In this document: positions 18,633-27,648 of the stretch, one piece after another | Numbering within the stretch: position 1 is the first letter of the stretch | Layout of the letters: each line of letters opens with the position of its first letter | Source: Myxococcales bacterium | Lineage (GTDB): Bacteria > Myxococcota_A > UBA9042 > JABWCM01 > BTVJ01 | Reading direction: 5' to 3' | Assembly: GCA_045863395.1 (NCBI GenBank) | Contig: BTVJ01000074.1 | Location: 1-35,580 of the forward strand | DNA: 35,580 bases | Program-made: the position numbers and the translations under genes | The notes under the pieces: generated by a model | What the model saw: the letters and a program-made list of their open reading frames with translations, nothing else | Database searches by the model: none | What the model was told of the DNA's origin: nothing

Positions 18633-19718
18633 TCAGCGGTGCTCGTCGCCTGCGGTCTGCGCTCCCTCGTCGGCTCTGCGCGCCCGCTGGGCATCACGTT
18701 GGGCGTCCCGTTGAACGAGACCGGCCAGGCGGACGGCGTAGTTGCCCTGATGCACGCTCGGCAGCGCCTCGTACTTGGTCACCCCCTCAACGTGCAGGCG
18801 GATGGGCGAGCCCGGGTCGTTCCCAAGGCGCACCAGGTCCCCCACCCCGAGCTCCAGGAGCTGGCGCAGGGTCATGGTCGTGCGCCCGAGCTCCGCGACC
18901 ACCTCCACGGGGGCCTGGTGCAGCAGGTCTGCGATGCGCTCCTGCCAGCGGTCCTCCAGATCCGTACCGGCGTCCACCACGGTCTTGGTGAGCTGCTTCT
19001 CAAGGGGGCGCAGCGCCGTCAGCGGGAGGAGCAGCCGGATGGATCCCGAGACGCCGCCCAGCTCCACGGACAGCGGGGACTCGAGCACCAGGTCGCCAGG
19101 GTTCAGGATCGCGGCGTGGCGAGGGTCCACCTGGGCGCGCACGTACTTGAGGCGCACGCCGGGGACCACGTCCCACCAGCCGAAGCGCTGAGCGTTGCTC
19201 ACGTGCTCGACGATCTCTCTCAGGGTCCGCTCCTCGGGGGGCGTGAAACCCCGCTGGTCGAGCAGCGCGACGCTCTCCTCGAGCAGGTCGGGCGACTGCC
19301 CGTCACCGCCGAGCATCACCTCGTGGACGAAGTAGAAGAGCCGGGGGTCGACCACCAGCAGGCCGGTGGTCCCGATGCCGGCGATCTCGACGACGATCAA
19401 GCAGGTGGGGGGCTTGAGCGCCGCATAGATCTCAGCGAACTTCAGCACCAGGGGGCGCTCGGCCACGACGCGGCTCGCCGTGCGGGTGTCCCGCTCCAGC
19501 TCCTTGCCGAGGAAGCGCGCGTACCGCTCGTGGATCAGATCGAGCCCGGGCAGGGAGTGCCGTGGGGAGGCCGCGGCGCCGATGAGATCGTAGCGCAGGA
19601 CGACGGGGCCCCCGTCCTCCGTGACGCTGCGGTGGCGCGCCGCCTGGGTGTCCTGCATGCTCTCGGCGAGGGCCGCGAGCTCCAGCGGGCTGATCGTGTC
19701 GTCGGGGCCAGGGGTCAT
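18633..19718 (-). CDS. fliM: Flagellar motor switch protein FliM
   Basis: YDL..LPGLDLIHERYARF, MLGGDG, FTPPE, and a C-terminal SpoA domain VVAELGRTTMTLRQLLELGVGD. ATG at 19718. Confidence 0.9.
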   Translation of the reverse strand: MTPGPDDTISPLELAALAESMQDTQAARHRSVTEDGGPVVLRYDLIGAAASPRHSLPGLDLIHERYARFLGKELERDTRTASRVVAERPLVLKFAEIYAALKPPTCLIVVEIAGIGTTGLLVVDPRLFYFVHEVMLGGDGQSPDLLEESVALLDQRGFTPPEERTLREIVEHVSNAQRFGWWDVVPGVRLKYVRAQVDPRHAAILNPGDLVLESPLSVELGGVSGSIRLLLPLTALRPLEKQLTKTVVDAGTDLEDRWQERIADLLHQAPVEVVAELGRTTMTLRQLLELGVGDLVRLGNDPGSPIRLHVEGVTKYEALPSVHQGNYAVRLAGLVQRDAQRDAQRARRADEGAQTAGDEHR

Positions 19719-19729
19719 CGGGTTGGATC

Positions 19730-20242
19730 CTATTGCACCACGAACTCGGTGAAGAGGACCCCGCGCACCTCGATGGCGTCGGGGGCTCCGTTGATGGTCT
19801 GGCCCAGGATCCTCACCAGCTCCTGGCGGAGGGTCTCCTTGGCGTCGCGCCCCTGGACCTCGGTGAGGCGCAGGCCCGACAGGTACGTGAGGACACCGTC
19901 GCGGATCCGCGGCATGGCGGTACCGATCAGATCCTTGTCCCCCGCACACTCGACCGAGATGGTCAGCTTCAGATATCGGGGCGCCCCCAGCTCGTTCAGG
20001 TTCACGATGAAGGGGTCGAGGGCCACGTAGTCCGACTCCTTCGGGAGCGGGGCCTTCTCCTCCTCCGTCCGCTCGGGGCTGGCCTTGGCCTCGGTGCCGC
20101 CGAGCACATTCGTGAACATCACCAGGTAGACGCCGCCTCCCACGATGAGCAGGAGGTTCACGAGCACGATGATCAGGACCGCTTTGGACTTCGGCTTCGG
20201 TGCCGGCTGGTCAGCGCCGCCTGCGGACTCTTCCTTGGCCAT
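19730..20242 (-). CDS. fliL: Flagellar basal body-associated protein FliL
   Basis: Single N-terminal TM, LDPFIVNL, RYLKLTI, PRIRD and FTEFVVQ. Confidence 0.93.
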   Translation of the reverse strand: MAKEESAGGADQPAPKPKSKAVLIIVLVNLLLIVGGGVYLVMFTNVLGGTEAKASPERTEEEKAPLPKESDYVALDPFIVNLNELGAPRYLKLTISVECAGDKDLIGTAMPRIRDGVLTYLSGLRLTEVQGRDAKETLRQELVRILGQTINGAPDAIEVRGVLFTEFVVQ

Positions 20243-20291
20243 GCTCAGCCCCTCCGTCTGGTGTGCAGCTTCTAAGGCGGGCGGGGGTCAT

Positions 20292-20307
20292 AGCAATGCC
20301 TGTGCCA
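20292..20307 (-). promoter_or_regulatory. Sigma54 (-24/-12) promoter of the fliL...motB operon
   Basis: Minus strand TGGCAC-AGGCA-TTGCT is a perfect match to TGGCAC-N5-TTGCW, about 50 nt upstream of the fliL ATG. Confidence 0.88.
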
Positions 20308-20403
20308 GCCCGGTGTGGCGTCGCATCTATAGGAAAGTGACGGAAATCATGGAGAACACGCACAAGGGGTGGCGTGGGGACGGGGCGCTCGAGCGGTGGG
20401 GGC

Positions 20404-20417
20404 GTCAAGCGCTTGAC
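20404..20417. promoter_or_regulatory. FleQ-box-like enhancer GTCA-N6-TGAC for the fliL promoter
   Basis: GTCAAGCGCTTGAC is a perfect palindrome about 100 bp upstream of the -24 element. Confidence 0.7.
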
Positions 20418-20420
20418 ACT

Positions 20421-21404
20421 CTATGGGCCCTCTGCGCTGACCGGGAGCCGCTTGATCTTCTCGACGAGGGTCGTGCGGTTGATGCCCAGGAGGGAGGCGG
20501 CGACGGACTTGTTGCCGCCGCTGCGGCGCAGCGCCTGGCGGATCAGGCTCAGCTCGAGCTGACCGAGGGCGTCGGGCAGGCTCAGACCGCTCTCGGGGAG
20601 ATGCACGCTAGGCACCGCCGGAGCGAGCGCGGATAGCCGGCTGCGGAACTTGCAGGCCACGTCGCCCTCGTCGATGACGCCGCGCTCCTTGAGGACCATG
20701 ACGCTCTGGATGACGTTCTCCAGCTCACGGACGTTGCCGGGCCACGAGTGGCGCTGCAGCAGGGCGAGGGCGCCCTCCGTGATGCCGGGGACGTCGACGC
20801 CCAGGGACTCCCGGTAGAGCGCCATGAAGTGGTCGACCAGGTGCGGGATGTCCATGGGCCGCTCGCGGAGCGGCGGGAGATGGATGCGGACGACGTCGAG
20901 GCGAAAGAACAGGTCCTGCCGGAAGGTGCCGGCGGCGACCGCCGCCTCGAGGTCCACGTTGGTGGCCGCCACGACGCGGAATGTCGCCTGCCGGGACTCG
21001 GTCGACCCGAGCGGCTCGAACACGCGCTCCTGCAGGACGCGAAGCAGCTTCACCTGCAGGTTGGGGGGCATCTCCGCGATCTCGTCGAAGAACAGCGTCC
21101 CGCCGCTCGCCAGCTCGAAGCGGCCGGGGCGCGCCCGATCCGCCCCGGTGAAGGCGCCCCGCGCGTGGCCGAACAGCTCGCTCTCCAGCAGGGGCTCCGG
21201 GATCGCGCCACAGTTGATGGGGACGAAGGGTCCGGTGCTCCAGGTGGAGAGATCGTGCACTGCCCGGACGACGCACTCCTTGCCCGTTCCGCTCTCCCCC
21301 GTAACCAGGACGTTCACGCGCGCGGCGGCGATCCGTTCCAGGGAGTCGAGGACGGCACCGAGGGGGGACCGCTCCGCGTGGACGATGCGGGAGCGCGAGG
21401 GCAC
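20421..21404 (-). CDS. Sigma54 enhancer-binding protein, FleQ/FlrA-like, without N-terminal sensory domain
   Basis: [44 protein letters not shown] and HTH NKSVAASLLGINRTTLVEK. An in-frame stop at 21438-21440 limits the N-terminus. Confidence 0.92.
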   Translation of the reverse strand: MPSRSRIVHAERSPLGAVLDSLERIAAARVNVLVTGESGTGKECVVRAVHDLSTWSTGPFVPINCGAIPEPLLESELFGHARGAFTGADRARPGRFELASGGTLFFDEIAEMPPNLQVKLLRVLQERVFEPLGSTESRQATFRVVAATNVDLEAAVAAGTFRQDLFFRLDVVRIHLPPLRERPMDIPHLVDHFMALYRESLGVDVPGITEGALALLQRHSWPGNVRELENVIQSVMVLKERGVIDEGDVACKFRSRLSALAPAVPSVHLPESGLSLPDALGQLELSLIRQALRRSGGNKSVAASLLGINRTTLVEKIKRLPVSAEGP

Positions 21405-21763
21405 ATTCGGTCGTTGCGCTACCAGGAGGTCCTCCTCTCAAGTCCAACTCGCGTCACCCAAGACCAACGGGTGGCGCGACGGCGGTGGGCGCGTGCTGTC
21501 GTAGCCGGAACCTACCGCGGCTGTTTGCGTCGTACGCGCTACCGTAACCCAAACGAACCGCCCGTGACAACATGAAACTGTCGAGTTCTTCGACACCGCC
21601 AGGTCGCCGCCGTCCTCCCGGCTCGCGCCATGACCAGACGAAACCGAGGAGCGGTACGGGCAGCGCGCCGCGGCCGTGCAGAGAGTGAGCCCGCGCTTCA
21701 GGTCTGCACTCCGACGACCGTTGGGCTCGATGCCAGCCTCGGTGCTCCTCTCAGCCCCCCTGT

Positions 21764-21809
21764 GTCAGCGCATTGACAAATGGCCATGGGTCGGCGTCAA
21801 GTTCTTGAC
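21764..21809. promoter_or_regulatory. Tandem FleQ-box-like enhancers for the plus-strand flagellar operon
   Basis: GTCAGCGCATTGAC (21764-21777) and GTCAAGTTCTTGAC (21796-21809) are 32 bp apart and about 100-145 bp upstream of a -24/-12 promoter. Confidence 0.72.
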
Positions 21810-21907
21810 GAACACGGTCCTCGTCTCGCTCGGCGTATGCGCGGTCCTGCGCCCACACACCCCTGGCCCTCTGGCCCAACGTCACTTCAGGGGTTCGACT
21901 CGGTGGC

Positions 21908-21923
21908 TGGCACGACGTCTGCA
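21908..21923 (+). promoter_or_regulatory. Sigma54 (-24/-12) promoter of the plus-strand basal-body operon
   Basis: TGGCAC-GACGT-CTGCA, with invariant GG and GC at the correct spacing. Confidence 0.82.
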
Positions 21924-22003
21924 AGTGGCGGCGCCGGGAACCCGTGTCACTCACTCCCATGACGGCGGCAGCAGGGCGACCGGATGGAGCCAGGATCGAC
22001 GGG

Positions 22004-23698
22004 ATGAGGCATGTCTCCGAGGGATCGGGTTGGCGGTGGGCGCTCGTCCTGGCGGCGCTCCTCTTCGGCCCGGTGGACGCGCTGGCCGTTCGCCGGGCGA
22101 GCGCGCCGGTCACTGCGGCAGGCGAGGCCGTGCTCCGCTTCCCTGCGTCCGACGGCTGGGACGGCGGCTCGCTCCGGTACAGCCCCCTGAGCGAGGTCCT
22201 CGTCCTGAAGTTCAAGCGGGGCGCAGAGGACCCCGTCACCTCGTTGGCACCGTCCCTGGGACGGGAGCAGCGCCATGTGTTCGCCCGCGTCGAGGCCGTG
22301 CACAACGAGCGCGGCAGCATGACCGTCCGCGTCCACGTGGAGCGCCGTGGTTACACTGCGGCCCTGCGCAGGAACGCCCGAGCGCGTGCCTGGGAGCTCA
22401 CGGTCACCCTCCCCCCCCCCGACGAGCTGGCGCCCGTGTCCTACGCGGCGCTCCTGCCGGAGGGCAACCCCCGTGACGCCCTGGCGGCGGTGGAGGAGAC
22501 CATGCGCGCCGGCGCGCCCGCCTGCCGCCCCCTGCAAGCGCTCCGGCGCTCGGGTGAGGGCTGGTCGGCGTGGGTGTCCTTGCGTCTGGCGGACTGCCTT
22601 CGTCAGAGCGGCGAGGCGGGGGCGAGCGTCGGGCTCGCGCTGGACCTGGCGGGCAACCCGGACGTCCCACCAGCCGTTGCTGCCCTCGCCTCGCTGCGCC
22701 TGGAGGAGTGGGCGCTGAACCTGCACTCCGCCATGGAGCCGAACATCTCGCCGGCCATGGTGAGCAGCCTGCCCCGCGACGTGGCCTTCGAGCTGGGCCT
22801 GCGGGTCGCGCGCACCTTGACCTTCCGGCAGCGCCCGCGGGAGGCCGCGGCTGCGCTGGTGGCGACCGACGGCCTCGGCGCGACGCCCCCGTCCCTGGTC
22901 GAGGGTCACCACTGGGTCCGCCTGCAGGTCCTCCATCAGCTCGTGGACGCCGAGAGCTGGTTCGATGCCGCCCGGGTGTTCGCATCGGGGCCTCTGCCGT
23001 CCCTGGGGTCCTCGAGCCGGGAGGGCACCCTCCGCCTCGGGACCCTTGCCCTGGCGCGCCTCGGGCAGGCCGATCGCGCCGCGGCGGTCGGGTCGGTCAT
23101 CCTGCGCACGGGCGGGAAGGTGGTAGACCCGGAGCTGATGAGCGCCATGAGCGAGGCGCTGTTCGCGCTCGGGCGCCACGAGGAGGCCGCCGCGACCCTC
23201 GCCGATGCCGGAGGGCGCGTCGTCCCCGGCGCGGGCGCCGTGTTCTCGGAGACGGAGGCCCGAGGGGTGGCGGCGCGCCTGGTCGCGTCGTGGCGATCCT
23301 CGGGGCTCGCCGCGGTGCTCGGGCTCCTGCGAGGCGTCGACGGCCTCGACCCCCGCGGGCTCCTCCGTGAGGTCACACTCGCCGCGCTGCTCGCCGAGGG
23401 GGACTGCACCGCCATCGACGCCGCGTCACCCGCGAAGGTGGTCCCGGGGCACCACACCTGGGCGGCGGCCTGCTGGCTGCGTGCCCGCGATCCCGAGGCG
23501 GCAGCGGCGTCGGCGACCCTGGACTCCCTGGCGCCGGAGGGGTCCAGCGCCGACGAGCTGGAGCGCGCCATGGCCGACCATGCGGTTCGCACCGCGTCCT
23601 TCATGGCCCGCATGGACGGTCGCCTGAACCCGCGGCCTGCGCCAGTGCCCCCTGTGGTGGAGGCCGCTCCGGTTCGCCAGGGCAGGAGGAGCCGATGA
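22004..23698 (+). CDS. Uncharacterised exported protein (beta-rich N-domain, helical TPR-like C-terminal region), first gene of the flagellar operon
   Basis: Signal peptide [17 protein letters not shown]; helical repeat-like segments such as [13 protein letters not shown] and [18 protein letters not shown] overlap with the next gene. Alternative start at 21944. Confidence 0.65.
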   Translation: MRHVSEGSGWRWALVLAALLFGPVDALAVRRASAPVTAAGEAVLRFPASDGWDGGSLRYSPLSEVLVLKFKRGAEDPVTSLAPSLGREQRHVFARVEAVHNERGSMTVRVHVERRGYTAALRRNARARAWELTVTLPPPDELAPVSYAALLPEGNPRDALAAVEETMRAGAPACRPLQALRRSGEGWSAWVSLRLADCLRQSGEAGASVGLALDLAGNPDVPPAVAALASLRLEEWALNLHSAMEPNISPAMVSSLPRDVAFELGLRVARTLTFRQRPREAAAALVATDGLGATPPSLVEGHHWVRLQVLHQLVDAESWFDAARVFASGPLPSLGSSSREGTLRLGTLALARLGQADRAAAVGSVILRTGGKVVDPELMSAMSEALFALGRHEEAAATLADAGGRVVPGAGAVFSETEARGVAARLVASWRSSGLAAVLGLLRGVDGLDPRGLLREVTLAALLAEGDCTAIDAASPAKVVPGHHTWAAACWLRARDPEAAAASATLDSLAPEGSSADELERAMADHAVRTASFMARMDGRLNPRPAPVPPVVEAAPVRQGRRSR

Positions 23699-24738
23699 GC
23701 GTTCGTGGCAGCGCGCGCGTGATGCGTGGCGCGGAGTACCTGCTGGTCAGCGACAACGAGGGCATGGCGGCGACCCTGCGCCTCGCCCGGGGCGTGGCTC
23801 CGACGCCGACCACCGTGCTGCTCCTGGGTGAGAGCGGGACGGGCAAGGAGGTGGTCGCCCGCTACATCCACGCGGCGTCCGGGCGAGCGGGTGGCCCCTT
23901 CGTCGCGGTGAACTGCGGGGCCATCCCGGCGGGCCTCGTCGAGTCCGAGCTCTTCGGCCACGAGCGGGGCGCCTTCAGCGGCGCCCACGAGCGGCGCGCG
24001 GGCAAGTTCGAGCTGGCGCAGGGCGGGACCCTGCTCCTCGACGAGATCAGCGAGCTGCCCCTGGACCTCCAGGCGAGGCTCCTGCGGGTGCTCCAGGAGC
24101 GCGAGCTCTACCGGGTAGGCGGGACGGCCGCGGTGTCGCTCGACGTGCGCGTCATCGCCACCTCCAACCGGGACGTGCGGGCCATGGTCCAGGCAGGCAC
24201 CTTCCGCCAGGACCTGTACTACAGGCTCAACGTGTTCCCCGTGGCGCTGCCTCCCCTGCGCGCGCGCCGGGAGGACGTGCCGGTCCTCGCCGAGGTCATC
24301 CTCGCGCGCCTGTGCCGTCGGTTCGGCTACGCCCCCGTCGACCTCTCCGCCGGCGCGCTCTCGCGCTTCGAAGGGTATGGGTGGCCCGGCAACATCCGGG
24401 AGCTGAACAACGTGCTGGAGCGGGCGCTGATCCTGTCGGGCGGTGCCCCCATCGGCGCCGAGCACGTCGTCCTCGACGACGAGGTGGTCGCTCCCTGCGA
24501 CGTGGCGCCGGCGACGCCAGGGTTACGGGAGTCGGTGGCAGCGCGATCCTTGCGCGACGTCGAGAGATCGACCATCCTCCGCATCCTTCGGGAGTGCAAC
24601 GGCAACCGGACCCACGCCTCGGAGCGCCTGGGCATCAGCCTGCGGACGCTCCGCAACCGGATCCGGGAGTACCGCGACGAGGGCGTAGCCGTGCCGGAGT
24701 CGGCGCGCATGCCCGCGCTGCTCGTGGCAGGCATGTGA
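23695..24738 (+). CDS. Second sigma54 enhancer-binding protein (FleR/FlgR-like), without receiver domain
   Basis: [44 protein letters not shown] and [23 protein letters not shown]. Confidence 0.92.
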   Translation: MSVRGSARVMRGAEYLLVSDNEGMAATLRLARGVAPTPTTVLLLGESGTGKEVVARYIHAASGRAGGPFVAVNCGAIPAGLVESELFGHERGAFSGAHERRAGKFELAQGGTLLLDEISELPLDLQARLLRVLQERELYRVGGTAAVSLDVRVIATSNRDVRAMVQAGTFRQDLYYRLNVFPVALPPLRARREDVPVLAEVILARLCRRFGYAPVDLSAGALSRFEGYGWPGNIRELNNVLERALILSGGAPIGAEHVVLDDEVVAPCDVAPATPGLRESVAARSLRDVERSTILRILRECNGNRTHASERLGISLRTLRNRIREYRDEGVAVPESARMPALLVAGM

Positions 24739-24752
24739 CGGGAGGTGAGAGC

Positions 24753-25181
24753 GTGTCCATCTTGACCGACGTGACCAGCAAGTCGATCCAGCAGAGCCTG
24801 GATCTGCGGCTCCAGCGCCAGGAGCTCCTGTCGTCGAACCTGGCCAACATCGACACCCCTGGCTACCAGCCCCACGACGTGGAGTTCGAGGGCTTCCTGC
24901 GGCGGGCCACCGAGGTCCCGGAGCCGCGGGTCGCCCACGGCGTCAGCATCGAGCGGACCTCCACCATGCACATGAACCCCGCGGACATGCGCATGGAGGG
25001 CTTCCCCCTCGACGACGTGGTGGAGCGGCCGGACGTAGAGAACACGCTCGACGGGAACGGCGTGGACCTGGACCGGGAGGCGGCGCGGGTCGCAGAGAAC
25101 TCCCTGCGCTACGCGGGCGCGAGCGAGATGATGCGCCGCAAGATCGCCGCGCTCAACTACGCGATCACCGGCATCCGTTAG
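24753..25181 (+). CDS. flgB: Basal body rod protein FlgB
   Basis: RQELLSSNLANIDTPGY and DGNGVDLDRE; GTG after GGAGG. Confidence 0.95.
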   Translation: MSILTDVTSKSIQQSLDLRLQRQELLSSNLANIDTPGYQPHDVEFEGFLRRATEVPEPRVAHGVSIERTSTMHMNPADMRMEGFPLDDVVERPDVENTLDGNGVDLDREAARVAENSLRYAGASEMMRRKIAALNYAITGIR

Positions 25182-25191
25182 GAGTGGGACG

Positions 25192-25620
25192 ATGAGCCTC
25201 TATACGGGAATGGACATCCTCGGCGCGGGCATGGCGGCCCAGCGCCACCGCATGAACGTGGTCAGCTCGAACCTGGCCAACGCGAACACCACGCGCACCG
25301 AGGAGGGCGGCCCCTACCGCCGCAAGGATCCGGTGTTCGCCAGCCAGGCGGTCAGCGCCAACGCGACGGACCCCGTGTTCGAGCAGGCCCTGCGATCCGT
25401 GGCGGTGGTCGACGTGGTCGACGACCCTGCTCCCCTGCCAACCGTGTGGGACCCGGGCCACCCTGACGCCGACGCCGAGGGCTACGTGCTGATGCCCAAC
25501 GTCAACGTGGTGGAGGAGATGGTCAACATGATCACCGCCTCCCGCTCCTACGAGGCGAACGTCTCCGCGTTCCAGACCCTCCAGCAGATGATCAACCGCT
25601 CCTTGGAGATCGGGAGGTAG
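25192..25620 (+). CDS. flgC: Basal body rod protein FlgC
   Basis: SSNLANANTTR, GGPYRRK, DPGHPDAD and PNVNVVEEMVNMITASRSYEAN. Confidence 0.97.
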   Translation: MSLYTGMDILGAGMAAQRHRMNVVSSNLANANTTRTEEGGPYRRKDPVFASQAVSANATDPVFEQALRSVAVVDVVDDPAPLPTVWDPGHPDADAEGYVLMPNVNVVEEMVNMITASRSYEANVSAFQTLQQMINRSLEIGR

Positions 25621-25623
25621 GCC

Positions 25624-25968
25624 ATGCCCATCGGTGGACCGGATGCAATCGGGCTCGGCAAGCCCTTCGACCTGCGCTTCGAGCCCATCCAGGACCTGCG
25701 CGAGCCCGAGCAGCCCGAGCTGCTGGCCGAGCCAGGGCCCAAGGTCGGCGAGAGCTTCGACGACCTGCTCGGCAAGGCCGTGGACCGGGTCAACGGGGAG
25801 CACCTCAAGGCGGACGAGAAGGTCGAGGGCTTCCTGCGGGGCGACAACGTGAGCACGCACGACGTGATGATCCAGCTCGCCAAGGCGGACACCAGCCTCA
25901 AGCTCATGGTCGCGACCACCAACAAGGTCATCGAGGCCTATCACGAGATCGCGCGGCTCCAGATCTGA
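25624..25968 (+). CDS. fliE: Hook-basal body protein FliE
   Basis: SFDDLL, HDVMI..KA and NKVIEAYHEIARLQI. Confidence 0.93.
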   Translation: MPIGGPDAIGLGKPFDLRFEPIQDLREPEQPELLAEPGPKVGESFDDLLGKAVDRVNGEHLKADEKVEGFLRGDNVSTHDVMIQLAKADTSLKLMVATTNKVIEAYHEIARLQI

Positions 25969-26022
25969 CCGGTGCGGTGACGGGCGCGGGTGGTCGGGAC
26001 GGTCGGGTCCAAGGTGAGGGAG

Positions 26023-27648
26023 ATGGCAGAGCAACCGAAGGGACTGGAAGGGCTGCGCGGGCAGGTGCAGGGCGTCTGGGGCCGCATGAGCCCCGGTCAG
26101 CGCGTCGCCATGGCCGGCATCGTCATCGCGGTGGTGGTCGGCCTCGCCTGGGTGATGCTCGGGGGTGCCAGCGCGAAGATGGTTCCGCTGACGCGCGGGC
26201 TCTCGGCGGAGAACCAGGCGACGGCGGTCGCCGCCCTCGAAGAGGCCAAGATCCCGTACAAGCTGGACGACGGCGGCACCATCCTGGTCCCGGAGTCCCG
26301 GGTGCACGACGCGCGCCTGGAGCTGGCCGTGAGCACCGCACCCGGCGGCAAGCTGGTCGGCTTCGAGCTGTTCGACGACAGCGCGCTCGGGCGGAGCGCC
26401 TTCAGCGAGAAGGTCAACTTCCACAGGGCCATGGAGGGGGAGCTGGCGCGGACCATCCGCCACCTGAAGCCCGTGGAGCGCGCCCGGGTGCACCTCGTGA
26501 CCCCCGACCGTCGCCTGTTCGAGCAGGACCAGGCGGAGCCGTCGGCGTCGGTGGTCCTGGAGCTGAAGGCAGGCGAGTCGCTCAGCCCCAGGCAGGTGCT
26601 AGCCGTGCGCCACCTGGTGGCCTCCGCGGTGGAGCGCCTCTCGCCGGACCGGGTGGCCGTGCTCGACCAGAGCGGCAGCATGCTGGCCCGCCCCGATGGC
26701 GAGGACGGAGGCGCCGAGGGCCTCTTCGAGCGCCAGGCGGGCTTCGAGCGGAACATCGAGCGCCGGGTCGTCGAGCTGCTGGAGCCGCTGGTCGGCGTGG
26801 GCAACGTGCGGGCGCAGGTGTCCGCGCGCCTCGACTTCTCGAAGATGGTGGAGACCGTCGAGAAGTTCGATCCCGATGTGTCCGTGGTCCGCAGCGAGCG
26901 CACCCGGGAGGAGAAGTCGCTGAGCGGCAACCTCCAGGCCACGGGGCAGCCGGGCACGCCGTCCAACATCCCGGGCGGCGCGGGGACTGCGGCGGGGCGC
27001 CAGACCGGCAACGAGTCTGCGCGCAGCGACAAGGTGGTCAACTACGAGATCGACCGACGCACGGAGCGGAAGGAGACCCCCCACGCGCGGGTCGAGCGCC
27101 TGAGCGTGGCGGTGGTGGTCAACGGCACCGAGGCGAAGGACCCGGTGACCGGCGGCATGGTCTACACACCGCGGCCCACCGACGAGATGACCCGCTACCA
27201 GGCCATCGTGCAGAGCGCGGTGGGCTATGACGCCACGCGGGGCGACCAGGTGTCCGTGGTCAACTCGCGCTTCGTGCGCCCCGAGGGCTTCGAGCAGGGT
27301 GAGGAGGGCGCGCCGGACGGGCTCCTCGGGCAGCCGTGGGTCAAGTGGGCGGCCCTGGCGGCCGGCGTGCTCGTGCTGCTCGTGATCGCGCTGTTCGTGT
27401 GGCGGGCGCGCAAGCGGGCGCAGCGGGAGGCCCTCGCGGCGGAGCAGCGGCGCGCGGCGGCCCTGGCGGCGGCACAGGCGGAGCAGGAGGAGGGGCTCGC
27501 GCACCTGCTGGAGCCGGCGGGCGCAGAGCCCACCATCTCTGATCGGGTCCAGCTCTTGCGGCAGCGGGCCATCGAGCAGGCGCGGGTCGACATCCGGCGC
27601 ACGGCGTCGGTCATGCGGGGCTGGCTGGGCCAGGAGATCTCGGGATGA
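26023..27648 (+). CDS. fliF: MS-ring protein FliF
   Basis: Two TMs, GFELFD, EGELARTI, ARVHL, PSASV, NYEID, RLSVAVVVN and GYDATRGD. Confidence 0.96.
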   Translation: MAEQPKGLEGLRGQVQGVWGRMSPGQRVAMAGIVIAVVVGLAWVMLGGASAKMVPLTRGLSAENQATAVAALEEAKIPYKLDDGGTILVPESRVHDARLELAVSTAPGGKLVGFELFDDSALGRSAFSEKVNFHRAMEGELARTIRHLKPVERARVHLVTPDRRLFEQDQAEPSASVVLELKAGESLSPRQVLAVRHLVASAVERLSPDRVAVLDQSGSMLARPDGEDGGAEGLFERQAGFERNIERRVVELLEPLVGVGNVRAQVSARLDFSKMVETVEKFDPDVSVVRSERTREEKSLSGNLQATGQPGTPSNIPGGAGTAAGRQTGNESARSDKVVNYEIDRRTERKETPHARVERLSVAVVVNGTEAKDPVTGGMVYTPRPTDEMTRYQAIVQSAVGYDATRGDQVSVVNSRFVRPEGFEQGEEGAPDGLLGQPWVKWAALAAGVLVLLVIALFVWRARKRAQREALAAEQRRAAALAAAQAEQEEGLAHLLEPAGAEPTISDRVQLLRQRAIEQARVDIRRTASVMRGWLGQEISG

